Shown: positions 23,296 through 32,863 of the stretch, piece after piece
Layout of the letters: each line of letters begins with the position of its first letter
How positions within the stretch are numbered: the first letter of the stretch is position 1
NCBI GenBank assembly: GCA_014239775.1
Contig: JAAZYG010000039.1
Location: 6,134 to 70,133, forward strand
Reading direction: 5' to 3'
Length of the DNA: 64,000 nt
DNA from: Candidatus Uhrbacteria bacterium
GTDB lineage: Bacteria; Patescibacteriota; Patescibacteriia; UBA9934; GWF2-40-263
Position numbers and translations under genes: made by a program
The notes under the pieces: model-generated
Seen by the model: only the letters and a program-made list of their open reading frames with translations
What the model was told of the DNA's origin: nothing
Databases searched by the model: none

Positions 23296-25029
23296 TTAAT
23301 TTGAACTGTTTAATGCTGCTGTTCTGGCATTATTCTCTTGATTTTTTATAAGTAATGCTTTCTTTTTCTCTGTATTTTTATATACTTTTAAGGCCTCCTT
23401 CTGTCTTGATTCTGCATTTTTTTTATCTTGTATTCTCTGTTTATAAATCTTGTTAACCACGTCAACCGGTAATGATTCAGAATAACCATCAGAACCATCC
23501 CAACTAATTAAGGTAACCACTCCGTCCTCAATGGTTGCGACTGTCATTTTGATCTCCTTTCCGCTTCTTGTTTTTATTGGCAATATATCATCTAATTTTA
23601 CAAGAGTATCTGACTGAATTTCTTCTAGTTTTATTCTATCTACTTGCTGATGTATTGACCCCTCGTTTTGATTGGGTACATCTAAGGATACGAAATACTT
23701 TTCATTTTGTGGAATATAATGACTAATCTTCCAATCTAAAGATGAGCCTTCAACTTTTACACTATCACCTTCTTTGTGCCTTAGTGGGAGTTCTGATGAA
23801 ATAATTTCACTTGTGACACGTGAAATCCAATAATCGTGATTTGATAGTTTACCTTCTAACTGATTGAGTTTTATTTGTTCTTCTACAGACTCAGCTCCTG
23901 CAAGTTTCATATCAATGATCATGCTCTCAATTTGTTTATATGACTTTTCCCACTGCTGAATATCAGATTCTGAGTATTGTGTAGTCTCTGGCACGTTATC
24001 ATTTTCATGTGATCTCATCATGTTTGGACCACGTTCTTTTACATTGTATACAATTGCAGCAATATCATCGCCCTTTGATCTTTGATTATTATCCTTGCCT
24101 CCCATAGAAATGTTTAACGCAGCCTCCTGTAAAGCTTTTTCAGCTGTACGGTCTGATCCATTTTGAAACATTATTTTTTTTATATCATCTTCAAGCATTT
24201 GATCATGAATTCCATCAGACGTTAATATCAATCTATCTCCTGGCATTACATCAAATTTCTGGATATTTGCATCAGAAGCACCTTCTTGTGCACCAACAGA
24301 TTTGGTTATAATGTTCCTGTAATTGTAATACATCCTTAAATCATCTGGAACTTCATCTATTCCCACAGCCTGGTCAACAAGTTTTGCATCTTCTTTTGAA
24401 ATATTGCCTTTACGTAATGCTTCGGTTACAAAACTATCATCTGCTGTGATTTGTAAGATTTCTTTACCTCTCATGACATAAATTCTACTGTCACCTACAT
24501 TTGTAATATAAAAACGCTGAGCACCGTTTGGCAACTCTACCAATTTACCTACAGAAGCAGTGGTTGCTGAATCATCACGAATCAATCCAGATTCCTTCAA
24601 TCTATCTGCAGAGGTTTTAATTTTTCTATCAGCTTCTGTCAAAGCTTTTTTTAATTGTGCCTCAGCAAGCTTGTCTATATATAAAATTTTTTGTTCATGA
24701 GACAATTTATCATTATCACCTATTGCCTTAATTTGATCATCAAGTTTTTGACCAACCTCTTCTTGAACAGATATACCTAACTCTCGTGACGCAAGCCAAC
24801 CTGCATTTGAAGATACTCCGTCAGCAACTAAAAATAAACCTCTATCGGGATCATTTACTTTTACATCTTCACATCTATCCTTTCTTTCTCTTGATCCAGA
24901 CTTTCTTAAACCTAACTCAGGTTGCTCACCAACATTTGTAGTTTTTTCTCTAAATTCTTGATCAATTTTATTAAACTCATCATCTAAAGATTTTGGTTTT
25001 TCAATTTGTCTTTCTCGTGACTGTTCCAT
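23296..25029 (-). CDS. PP2C-family Ser/Thr phosphatase with long C-terminal extension
   Basis: RCED, LVADGV, NVGDSR, TADDS, RNIITKSVG, LTSDG, DDI. Confidence 0.88.
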   Translation of the reverse strand: MEQSRERQIEKPKSLDDEFNKIDQEFREKTTNVGEQPELGLRKSGSRERKDRCEDVKVNDPDRGLFLVADGVSSNAGWLASRELGISVQEEVGQKLDDQIKAIGDNDKLSHEQKILYIDKLAEAQLKKALTEADRKIKTSADRLKESGLIRDDSATTASVGKLVELPNGAQRFYITNVGDSRIYVMRGKEILQITADDSFVTEALRKGNISKEDAKLVDQAVGIDEVPDDLRMYYNYRNIITKSVGAQEGASDANIQKFDVMPGDRLILTSDGIHDQMLEDDIKKIMFQNGSDRTAEKALQEAALNISMGGKDNNQRSKGDDIAAIVYNVKERGPNMMRSHENDNVPETTQYSESDIQQWEKSYKQIESMIIDMKLAGAESVEEQIKLNQLEGKLSNHDYWISRVTSEIISSELPLRHKEGDSVKVEGSSLDWKISHYIPQNEKYFVSLDVPNQNEGSIHQQVDRIKLEEIQSDTLVKLDDILPIKTRSGKEIKMTVATIEDGVVTLISWDGSDGYSESLPVDVVNKIYKQRIQDKKNAESRQKEALKVYKNTEKKKALLIKNQENNARTAALNSSN

Positions 25030-25067
25030 ATTAACTTTATTATAACAAAAACCGTCCAAAAATACTT

Positions 25068-25493
25068 TTAAGACGGTATAAGAATTGGGCTAATGTGTTT
25101 TGGGTATACTTCAGATACAGAGATTTGCATATAATGCTGATCGTTGGCACACAAAAATACTCCTCTTTCATAAATATTTGGCCCTTCATCCCCTCTTACA
25201 TATTGAATAAAATCTCTACACGTAAGACCCACGACACCGTCTGTTAAACTTATGACATCTTGAATAAATGTCATGTAAGATCCAGATTCATCAACAAATA
25301 CAATTACAACAGACTTAAACCACTCTAATTGCATATCTTTAACTTCAATGACCAACTCGTCTTTTAATCCCTCCATAACCCCAAGATTTCTAACCACGAA
25401 ACCACGATGAGTAACAATTCTATCAAACATCATTTGATTAAATTTATCACTCTCGTTCATCCTAACAACTGTTGCTGTATTTTTTGTATTCAT
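25068..25493 (-). CDS. Hypothetical protein (SD-led unit)
   Basis: AAGGAGGTG 3 nt before ATG; TTGACA-N17-TAATGT upstream. Confidence 0.75.
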   Translation of the reverse strand: MNTKNTATVVRMNESDKFNQMMFDRIVTHRGFVVRNLGVMEGLKDELVIEVKDMQLEWFKSVVIVFVDESGSYMTFIQDVISLTDGVVGLTCRDFIQYVRGDEGPNIYERGVFLCANDQHYMQISVSEVYPKHISPILIPS

Positions 25494-25541
25494 TTACACC
25501 TCCTTGGCAACAAAAAACATTAAATAAAATAAGCACTTTTG

Positions 25542-27233
25542 TCAAGCCTTTATACCATTTTCAATAATCGCCTCTCTAATTTCTTTACTTACAGATACCC
25601 ATGATCTTTTATTGGTCTTACTATTATCTAAAATTTCTGAAAACTTGCGGCCACTTAAAACAGTTGGAACTATTACATAAGTCGCACCTAATTTATAGCA
25701 AATATCTGCTTCAGCCTGAGTGTGTACAGACACAATTACAGTACCTTTATATTTTCTTGATTTTAGAAAACTTAACAAGGAACTACTTATTACAACATCA
25801 GGAATTGTTGAAATAACAAGACTGGCCTTGTCTGCCTTAACCTCCTCTAAAAAAACCTCATCTCCTGCATCACCATAAAGGTTTGGTTCACCAACCTCTG
25901 ACAACTGCCTAACTGTTTGAGGATCAAAATCAACTATAATATATGATTTTTTCATTTTCTTTATCGTATCCAAAAGCACCCTTCCGGCCCTATGAAAACC
26001 AAACAATATTATCTTTGTAGCTTTTCTTTCCTTAACTATTTCAATGTCCAATACATTTGCTGGCTCCATCCACCTAAACACAGGTTTTAGCTTCTCATAA
26101 ATATTTTCATTTTTATCTATCAGGTATGAACTTATAGCTATTGTAAATATTCCAACCGCTGTTGCTAGTGCAAGAATTTCATCACTTAAATGACCGGTTG
26201 CTATTCCAGCAGCAATTACTATGAATGAAAATTCAGAAATCTGTGCAACAGTTGTACCAGCCAAAAAACCTGTTCTTGGATGATATCCCAATGATCTCAT
26301 AATGAACATTACAATTAATGGATTACCTATCAGAATAAATGCACTAAATATAATCGTAGGTATAAGCATTGCAGTAAAATTATCCAACCCAAGTCTAGTA
26401 CCTAAGACTATAAAAAATATTATTAGGAAAAAATCCCTCAATGGTCTGACACGTGAGTTTATTTCTTGTTGAAATATTGATCCTGACAATGTAATTCCAG
26501 CAATTAGTGCTCCGAGCTCTATTCCAAAACCAAACGACACTAATATACCTGCAATAAAAAAACACCATGCAACAGAGAATATAAATAATAACTCTTGTGA
26601 TCTTGCGGCATAAGCCAACATCCTTGGTAAGATTTTTACAGATATTAACCATAACAATGGAACTATCAGAAAAGCTTTTACTATTGCTCCTATAAAAATC
26701 TGCTCGAGTGGCGCACCTGAACCAACCGCACTTAATCCAAGCAAAATAAGCATGGCCACAAAGTCTTGAACTAATAAAAAACCAACACTAATACGTCCAT
26801 ATAAGGTATCCAGGTCCTCTTTATCCATTAATAACTTAATAATTATAATGGTGCTTGAAAATGCAAATGCGACTGCAATATAAATACTTGTAATAGCATC
26901 AAACCCCATTGTTAACCCTATTAAAAACCCTGACACTGATGTAAACAACACCTGCCCCACACCTGTTGCAAATGCTATTCCACCAACATCCTTAACAGAA
27001 CGCCAATTTAAACCAAGTCCAACTGTAAATAACAAAAAAGCCATACCAATTTGTGACATGACTTCAAAAATTTCTGGATTTTTTGCCAAAGCTAAAACAC
27101 TCGGCCCAACAATGACCCCAGTAATTATATAAGCAATGATTAGCGGCTGCCTAAATCTGTAAACCAACAATGAAAATGCTGCTGCAATAATCAATACAAT
27201 TCCTATTTCAAAAAAAAGTTCCTCCACTGGCAT
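25542..27233 (-). CDS. CPA2 cation:proton antiporter with TrkA-N domain (Kef-like)
   Basis: FLLFTVGL, FSSTIIIIKLL, LLVQD, QISEFSF, C-terminal YGDA Rossmann domain; ATG at 27233. Confidence 0.92.
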   Translation of the reverse strand: MPVEELFFEIGIVLIIAAAFSLLVYRFRQPLIIAYIITGVIVGPSVLALAKNPEIFEVMSQIGMAFLLFTVGLGLNWRSVKDVGGIAFATGVGQVLFTSVSGFLIGLTMGFDAITSIYIAVAFAFSSTIIIIKLLMDKEDLDTLYGRISVGFLLVQDFVAMLILLGLSAVGSGAPLEQIFIGAIVKAFLIVPLLWLISVKILPRMLAYAARSQELLFIFSVAWCFFIAGILVSFGFGIELGALIAGITLSGSIFQQEINSRVRPLRDFFLIIFFIVLGTRLGLDNFTAMLIPTIIFSAFILIGNPLIVMFIMRSLGYHPRTGFLAGTTVAQISEFSFIVIAAGIATGHLSDEILALATAVGIFTIAISSYLIDKNENIYEKLKPVFRWMEPANVLDIEIVKERKATKIILFGFHRAGRVLLDTIKKMKKSYIIVDFDPQTVRQLSEVGEPNLYGDAGDEVFLEEVKADKASLVISTIPDVVISSSLLSFLKSRKYKGTVIVSVHTQAEADICYKLGATYVIVPTVLSGRKFSEILDNSKTNKRSWVSVSKEIREAIIENGIKA

Positions 27234-27316
27234 TAATAAATTATAACACAGTTTAATTGACAATTATCAACAAGACTTTTAATATTTAAAAGCTAATATT
27301 CATGGAGGTGCTTATA

Positions 27317-27751
27317 ATGAGTCAACGAAGTAGAATTCTGGCAACACTACCCATTTCAGGCTCAGTTGTTCTTTATGTCGATAACAGTGAACCGCTGAAG
27401 GATTCAAACTATGACATGTATAATGGATGGTTTGAAAGTGGAGATATTGTTTTTGAGAACGTATCTGCACACATTGCACTGCGTCTTGTTGAACAGATAT
27501 TGAATCCGGAAGGAAAAATTCCTGACATGACTGAGGATTTTGGGTCTTTTATAACACCAGTATATTGGTATTGTATTGATAACGATTGGTTTGTTGTTGG
27601 TCTTGAAAATATAGCAATGAGAAGTAATGAGAACATGGTTGTTATTGAGTATGCTGGTCAAGAGATTACAAAAAATCTAACAATTAACCAAGTTTTTCAA
27701 CGACTTTCCTCTAGACTAAATAGGATTTATAATATTATACCTATTTCATAA
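27317..27751 (+). CDS. Hypothetical protein (SD-led unit)
   Basis: GGAGGTG 6 nt before ATG 27317; TTGACA (27257)-N17-TAATAT. Confidence 0.75.
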   Translation: MSQRSRILATLPISGSVVLYVDNSEPLKDSNYDMYNGWFESGDIVFENVSAHIALRLVEQILNPEGKIPDMTEDFGSFITPVYWYCIDNDWFVVGLENIAMRSNENMVVIEYAGQEITKNLTINQVFQRLSSRLNRIYNIIPIS

Positions 27752-27753
27752 CT

Positions 27754-27781
27754 GACACCTTAATTTAAGGGGTCTTTTTTT
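27754..27781 (+). terminator. Intrinsic terminator
   Basis: GACACCTTAA/TTAAGGGGTC imperfect stem followed by T7. Confidence 0.65.
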
Positions 27782-27801
27782 ATACAAAAATACCTCCATT
27801 A

Positions 27802-28293
27802 TTACATGGAGGGAGTGTGGCCAAACATTTCTAATGCACCATCTTCATCGTCTTTATAAAGATCGAAAGGAATCTGCGAAGTTCTTATTATTGTGTTGAA
27901 ATCTGAGAAATTAGACCCATGCCTGTTTCCAAGCTCTTTTCTATGCCATTTGTATAAATGATAGTAACTGCCACGTTGTATGGCGTAACTAAGATAACCA
28001 TTTCTGTCACGCATGATCCAAATACGAATAAACGCACGATCATTATAAAACGTAAGTCTCGCTCTACCCTCCAAACTTACATAGCCAGTATCTATAAAAA
28101 TCGTATCTTCTACCGGCAAACACATGTCATAATCGTCCTCAAGAAGATACATTGGGTCTGTTACATCACACCTAATCAATATGTGATAGCCGTTATGTGT
28201 ATTTGTGCTATCACCAAGCTCTTGAATGTCTAGTGCAATAAGACGCTCACCTGTCTCATAATTGTATGTAGCGATCTTGTAATCGCAGGCCAT
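27802..28293 (-). CDS. Hypothetical protein (SD-led unit)
   Basis: AGGAG 6 nt before ATG; TTGACA (28361-28366)-N17-TAGCGT; CCTCCAT/ATGGAGG hairpin at the stop. Confidence 0.75.
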   Translation of the reverse strand: MACDYKIATYNYETGERLIALDIQELGDSTNTHNGYHILIRCDVTDPMYLLEDDYDMCLPVEDTIFIDTGYVSLEGRARLTFYNDRAFIRIWIMRDRNGYLSYAIQRGSYYHLYKWHRKELGNRHGSNFSDFNTIIRTSQIPFDLYKDDEDGALEMFGHTPSM

Positions 28294-28373
28294 TCTTTTC
28301 TCCTGAGATATAGTTAATAGGACGCTATAGTATATTTACGCTACCTATAAGCATGTCTTTTGTCAATATAAAT

Positions 28374-28400
28374 AAAAAGACTGATGTTTAAACATCAGTC
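28374..28400 (-). terminator. Intrinsic terminator after the cNMP-binding gene
   Basis: Perfect palindrome GACTGATGTTTAAACATCAGTC with U5 on - strand. Confidence 0.75.
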
Positions 28401-28423
28401 AGAAATACATAATTTAGAATACT

Positions 28424-28912
28424 CTAAACATCCATTATGGCACCATACCTCTTTGCAAATTGAACAGCAGGCTTCAATGAATGCAAGTACTCATTACTGT
28501 CACGTAAATATCCATGAGCGATCTTCAACAACCTCTCAAGAATAATCATATACAACTCTGGAGATGTTTTCTTTAGTCCTGTGATTGTACTATACGGCAC
28601 ACACAAAACCCTTACACCACCAATACCTGCCATACATGTTGCAGTTCTGTTTGCACCACTAATACCATAGGACATCTCCCCAATAACAACACCGGCGCCA
28701 ATATCCTTGAGTTTAGTGACGCCCCTTGCACCGCTTTTAATCACCTGTGCAACGCCGTCAACAATGATATAGAGAGAATCTGCAGTATCCTCATCCTTGA
28801 TAAACAGATCTCCCCTGTCAAAATTTAGATATTCTGATCCCCCAATAATCAAAGCTTGCTGCTCTTGTGTCAGGTTACTAAACAAGAAAGTACCTTCCAG
28901 ATCGATGTGCAT
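28424..28912 (-). CDS. Stand-alone cyclic nucleotide-binding domain protein (SD-led)
   Basis: GDLFIKDED.ADSLYIIVDG, IGEMS...RTAT phosphate-binding cassette; no HTH; GGAG SD. Confidence 0.85.
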   Translation of the reverse strand: MHIDLEGTFLFSNLTQEQQALIIGGSEYLNFDRGDLFIKDEDTADSLYIIVDGVAQVIKSGARGVTKLKDIGAGVVIGEMSYGISGANRTATCMAGIGGVRVLCVPYSTITGLKKTSPELYMIILERLLKIAHGYLRDSNEYLHSLKPAVQFAKRYGAIMDV

Positions 28913-29017
28913 CCGATCTCCATCTGTAGATTATTAATATGTACTGAACAATGTGTTCTAAATGATGTTATCTCTAGAAGATGTATAAGTCAATATATAT
29001 CACTTTTATACTTTATA

Positions 29018-29046
29018 TTGACTAAAGAGTCTGTGCATCGTATTAT
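29018..29046 (+). promoter_or_regulatory. Sigma70 promoter for tRNA-Glu
   Basis: TTGACT-N17-TATTAT, 40 nt upstream of the tRNA. Confidence 0.65.
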
Positions 29047-29086
29047 ATTGCCGCTACACATTTTCCTGCACTAGCCATTTAATTAT

Positions 29087-29161
29087 GGCCCCATCGTCTA
29101 ACGGCTAGGACGCCAGGTTCTCATCCTGGAAATCGGGGTTCGATTCCCCGTGGGGTCACCA
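29087..29161 (+). tRNA. tRNA-Glu (anticodon CTC)
   Basis: GGCCCCA/TGGGGTC acceptor stem, CCAGG-TTCTCAT-CCTGG anticodon arm, GGTTCGATTCC T arm, encoded CCA. Confidence 0.97.
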
Positions 29162-29201
29162 ACTAAAACGCTCACCGCAAGGTGGGCGTTTTAGTTGGTG
29201 T

Positions 29202-29240
29202 AAAAAAAAATCGGAGAAATGAGTAGCCACTTCTCCGATT
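29202..29240 (-). terminator. Terminator of the 31142-29289 operon
   Basis: AATCGGAGAA/TTCTCCGATT stem with A9 on + strand (U-tract on -). Confidence 0.7.
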
Positions 29241-29288
29241 AAGGATTTTGTTTGAGCCTGTCTAACTATAGGCTATGTATTGTTACGA

Positions 29289-29552
29289 TCATTCAAATCG
29301 GCTATTCAATTTCTCAATGCGATCGTTTTCTTCTTGAATTGCAGCGTCACGCCTGGCACGATATGCTGGATCAAGCTTGGCTCGAACTTGGTCGACCATG
29401 ATCCCCAGAAGAAATACAGCAGCAAAGAAGACAGGTACCACAAACATTAAGAGAGTAAGTAGCACTACATCATCACCACTATAACTATCACCACCAGCCA
29501 AGGCTGTAGATGACACAAGCATCACACTGAATACTCCAAAAATTCTATTCAC
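29289..29552 (-). CDS. Small membrane protein (signal peptide plus one TM)
   Basis: Signal-like N-terminus ending TALA, TM segment, charged tail; GAGGA SD; GTGA overlap with the CHAP gene. Confidence 0.7.
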   Translation of the reverse strand: MNRIFGVFSVMLVSSTALAGGDSYSGDDVVLLTLLMFVVPVFFAAVFLLGIMVDQVRAKLDPAYRARRDAAIQEENDRIEKLNSRFE

Positions 29553-30157
29553 TCCTCTTTCTCCTGTGGCCGTGACCAGCCTGCTATAGGTTGTAAATAA
29601 GAACCTCGTTCAACAAAATACGTGTTATTTATATTGTTTATATTTAGTCTATCAGACCAAATATACCTTTTAAACACCAAATACCTTGTTGATACAATGT
29701 TCTGTTGAACAATAGAAATATATCCCTGTAACAAATCAACTTTTGTAATCAAGGCAACATGACCAACAGACCCATCATTGTCACCTCCATCAAAAATCAA
29801 AATGTCATATTTTTGTGGTGACACAGAAGAACCGTTAGGGTAAGCAATTAACCCTTTGGTTTTTGCATTCCAAAAATATGAATCTGCATGTCCTGTTTTT
29901 GTCATATTTCTATGACCCATTTGGCCATATGCTCGGTTGATCAACTCAACACATTGAAATTCAAGTCCGTATTTTCCGCGATGATTTGCACCATTTGCAG
30001 AATAAATTGGCCATCCTTCAAATCGCCCAAGCTGTGTCCCATGTTTAGGCAATCGGATTAAGCTCCAACCAACTGACAACATATGACGTGTGTAGCCTAT
30101 ACACAGAATGATTGTGACCATCAAAATGAAAACGAATAAAAACTTATACCTTTTCAT
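29549..30157 (-). CDS. CHAP-domain amidase/peptidase with N-terminal anchor
   Basis: YGLEFQCVELINR (Cys), GHVALI (His), IVQQN. Confidence 0.88.
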   Translation of the reverse strand: MKRYKFLFVFILMVTIILCIGYTRHMLSVGWSLIRLPKHGTQLGRFEGWPIYSANGANHRGKYGLEFQCVELINRAYGQMGHRNMTKTGHADSYFWNAKTKGLIAYPNGSSVSPQKYDILIFDGGDNDGSVGHVALITKVDLLQGYISIVQQNIVSTRYLVFKRYIWSDRLNINNINNTYFVERGSYLQPIAGWSRPQEKEE

Positions 30158-31142
30158 TTGCCTCTTCCTTCAAAAAAACTGGATACATGTCATAACCATT
30201 TCTGAAATAATACAGAAATGTTTTTTCAATTAATGCATCCGTTTTTTTAAAAATAGGGAAAATGCTTTTGGGTAAAAACCTTGGTTTACTAGGAAATACC
30301 AAGAACATTTTCATCATATCGTAGGACATGATATTTTGTTTAAAATCTAGGTGTCTTTCAGTTAAAGGTAAACGTAATTCAACAGCTTCAAGATAGTCGT
30401 AATTAGGAGGAGCAGAACGAGATTTTTTGTGAACCTCAGTAATCCATACTGGATTTAAATCCCCTTCTTCGAACAGCTCTTCAAACGTTTCATACCGCAA
30501 AGGATCTGACCCGTCATTGTTGTGCATAAAATGCAAAGCCTTGCCTCTAATAATTAAGACAACGTGAGAATTAATATCTGGCCCTTCAGCCTGAATCTTT
30601 TCCCAATAACTTGTCTTTTCCCAAAGCAAGCCTACAACATATATTTTGTCACGACTAAAAGAATAGTGCACAACAGTGTTAACGAGTGTTTCTTTTACCT
30701 CTTGGCTTATAACACCGTCTTCATTATATCTATCAGATGCATCCCACAAAGTTGAAAGTTTGCGATTGTTTGATACACAACTTTCACATAATTTGTGAGA
30801 CCTCAATTCCCATGCACTAGCATGAACCAAATTTACACCAGTAAACAAACTGATGTACTTGGTTACCGCAGCTGAACACAAATCATTATCATATTCCCAC
30901 CACGGCAAAATTCTGGGTATCCGTCCACTGCGCTCCATTTGATTAATCAAAGCGGAACGATCCTCAAGATCAAATTTATTTACCATTGACCAAAAGGTTA
31001 ATTCCTCAGAACGAGCAGCAGATCTTACCTTAGGATAATTGACATAACACCAAATAAGAACAATCATCATCACAAATGTGACAATCATGAAAGGAACGAT
31101 GGCACGAAGAGCAATGTATCTAGCTTTTGCCAGTAATCGCAT
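30144..31142 (-). CDS. Membrane-anchored protein, putative NlpC/P60-like Cys-His hydrolase
   Basis: N-terminal TM; DLCSAAVTKY...SAWEL and SHVVLI motifs; AAGGAGGTG SD. Confidence 0.6.
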   Translation of the reverse strand: MRLLAKARYIALRAIVPFMIVTFVMMIVLIWCYVNYPKVRSAARSEELTFWSMVNKFDLEDRSALINQMERSGRIPRILPWWEYDNDLCSAAVTKYISLFTGVNLVHASAWELRSHKLCESCVSNNRKLSTLWDASDRYNEDGVISQEVKETLVNTVVHYSFSRDKIYVVGLLWEKTSYWEKIQAEGPDINSHVVLIIRGKALHFMHNNDGSDPLRYETFEELFEEGDLNPVWITEVHKKSRSAPPNYDYLEAVELRLPLTERHLDFKQNIMSYDMMKMFLVFPSKPRFLPKSIFPIFKKTDALIEKTFLYYFRNGYDMYPVFLKEEANEKV

Positions 31143-31328
31143 TTCACCTCCTTGTAAAGAAAATATTTATCGTGCTGTTTTTGCTTACTACTTATAAACA
31201 AGCAAAAGAAACAAGATAAATAAAAAGTGCATCATAAAATAAGACGTCTTAATTTAGCATAAAAAAGGCCTTTTGTCAATAACTTTATGTGATAAACTGA
31301 TAAAATCAAACATAAAAAATATTTCTAT

Positions 31329-31880
31329 ATGGATCAGGAATTTGAAACAAGAATTTTAAACATCAATAAAACAGAAATCATAAGGAAATTGGAAAAACTA
31401 GGAGCAAAAAAAATAAAAAATGTTTTGCAAAAAAGAAAAACATTTGATTATCCAGATCGTAGACTAGAAGATGATCGTGCTTGGATTCGCTTAAGAGATA
31501 ATGGGGATGGTAAAGTAACTTTAGCTTACAAATGCCACCAACTAGATAACACTGGAGGAGTGCCAGATTGTGCAGAAGTTGAATTTGATGTTCCAGATTT
31601 AAATAAGCCAGAACAGTTTTTGTTGTTGCTTGGTTTAAAAAGAAAATCCTATCAAGAAACAAAACGTACTCGTTATCAAATTAATGATCTACAATTCGAT
31701 ATTGATGAGTGGCCAATGATAAACCCATTTGTTGAAATAGAGGGATCTTCAAAAGAACGAGTTGAAGAAGGTGTAAAAATGCTGGGACACACTATGGAAG
31801 ACACGTTTCAAGGTCATGCTGGAGATATTTATGAAAAAGAAGGCATAGATTGGAGGTCAATGAAAAATATTGTTTTTTAA
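31329..31880 (+). CDS. CYTH domain protein (class IV adenylate cyclase/triphosphatase family)
   Basis: EFETR, WIRLR, LAYK, EVEF, KRTRY, FVEIEG. Confidence 0.88.
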   Translation: MDQEFETRILNINKTEIIRKLEKLGAKKIKNVLQKRKTFDYPDRRLEDDRAWIRLRDNGDGKVTLAYKCHQLDNTGGVPDCAEVEFDVPDLNKPEQFLLLLGLKRKSYQETKRTRYQINDLQFDIDEWPMINPFVEIEGSSKERVEEGVKMLGHTMEDTFQGHAGDIYEKEGIDWRSMKNIVF

Positions 31881-31921
31881 TATTACAAAAAAGATTTAAA
31901 TTTATATCCACTATATAATAC

Positions 31922-31948
31922 AAAACTCGCAGACCTCCGCGAGTTTTT
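31922..31948. terminator. Bidirectional terminator
   Basis: AAAACTCGC/GCGAGTTTT between convergent genes. Confidence 0.65.
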
Positions 31949-31957
31949 AATTCAGAT

Positions 31958-32863
31958 TTATTGAACCGAATTTGGTGTTTTGTGAAGCTCTGGATCAATT
32001 GTACGTTTAAAACAGGTTCGTCCAGCACCATGTGTCCAGTCACCTGTAAGTTGTCTACCAAATTCATCATAGTCAAACTCCTGTTTACGATCCTTTTGCC
32101 AATCAGGTGTTGGTTGACCAAAGGTTGCACAAAGCTCGAACACAAGGTCGCCTTTTACTGTATATTCATATAATACGTTTGTTTCAGGATCAATAGGTAC
32201 TTCAAATCCAGTTAGAGAGTCTGCCATGTCTGCAAGTTCTTTTGGCAACACATCCTTCTGATTCCAATACCTTACAGCTTGATTTTGAATGCTTTGCAGA
32301 TCACCAACCCGTTCTGTGTCAAGATTTTGTTGCCTTGCATTTCCAGGAGTTCCAACAAAATAAAATCCAGCAATGATTCCAGTAAGCAAAACAAATACGC
32401 TGGCCACAGCCATAAGCCGAAGCTCTTTCTTACCTTCGTTTGGTTTTCGCTTTAATTCCCAGAATTCATAACCAAGTGCCGCCGCCGCAACTAATAGAAT
32501 AGAAAGGACCTTTAGAATAAATCGTGATGTTATTTCTCCACCCAGAAAGTAGTTAATAAGTACTATTAAATCGATTATGATCGTTAAGGATGCAACAAAG
32601 ATTGTTAGGTATGTAAGCCACTTACGAACCCAAAGGTCAACTTTTTCTGGATACTTACTTAGATCCTTCACAATGTATCGAGATAGTATCAAGAACACTG
32701 GCCAAACAACTATCAAAGATGCGATTGAATTTCTCATTGAGTCGTATGGGTTCTGCCATATGTACTGACCAATATCTGGAAATTGAACTCCAATAATGTC
32801 CCACAGCAATGATATGAAGTGAACAACTCCTATATAAAGCACTATAAAAACGAGAAGGTACAC
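31958..32863 (-). CDS. DUF5671-like membrane protein (5' end possibly frameshifted)
   Basis: AKDVFVYLL, IASLIVVWP, RKWLTYLTIF, GEITSRFILK, DPETNVLYEY, FELCATF. Confidence 0.8.
   Translation of the reverse strand: MYLLVFIVLYIGVVHFISLLWDIIGVQFPDIGQYIWQNPYDSMRNSIASLIVVWPVFLILSRYIVKDLSKYPEKVDLWVRKWLTYLTIFVASLTIIIDLIVLINYFLGGEITSRFILKVLSILLVAAAALGYEFWELKRKPNEGKKELRLMAVASVFVLLTGIIAGFYFVGTPGNARQQNLDTERVGDLQSIQNQAVRYWNQKDVLPKELADMADSLTGFEVPIDPETNVLYEYTVKGDLVFELCATFGQPTPDWQKDRKQEFDYDEFGRQLTGDWTHGAGRTCFKRTIDPELHKTPNSVQ

Noticed and set aside
28946-28958. LexA (Cheo) box GAAC-N-GTTC
   Set aside because: The spacer is 5 nt, not 4, and the similar motif near 35741-35757 is in the opposite orientation; better explained as RNA hairpins
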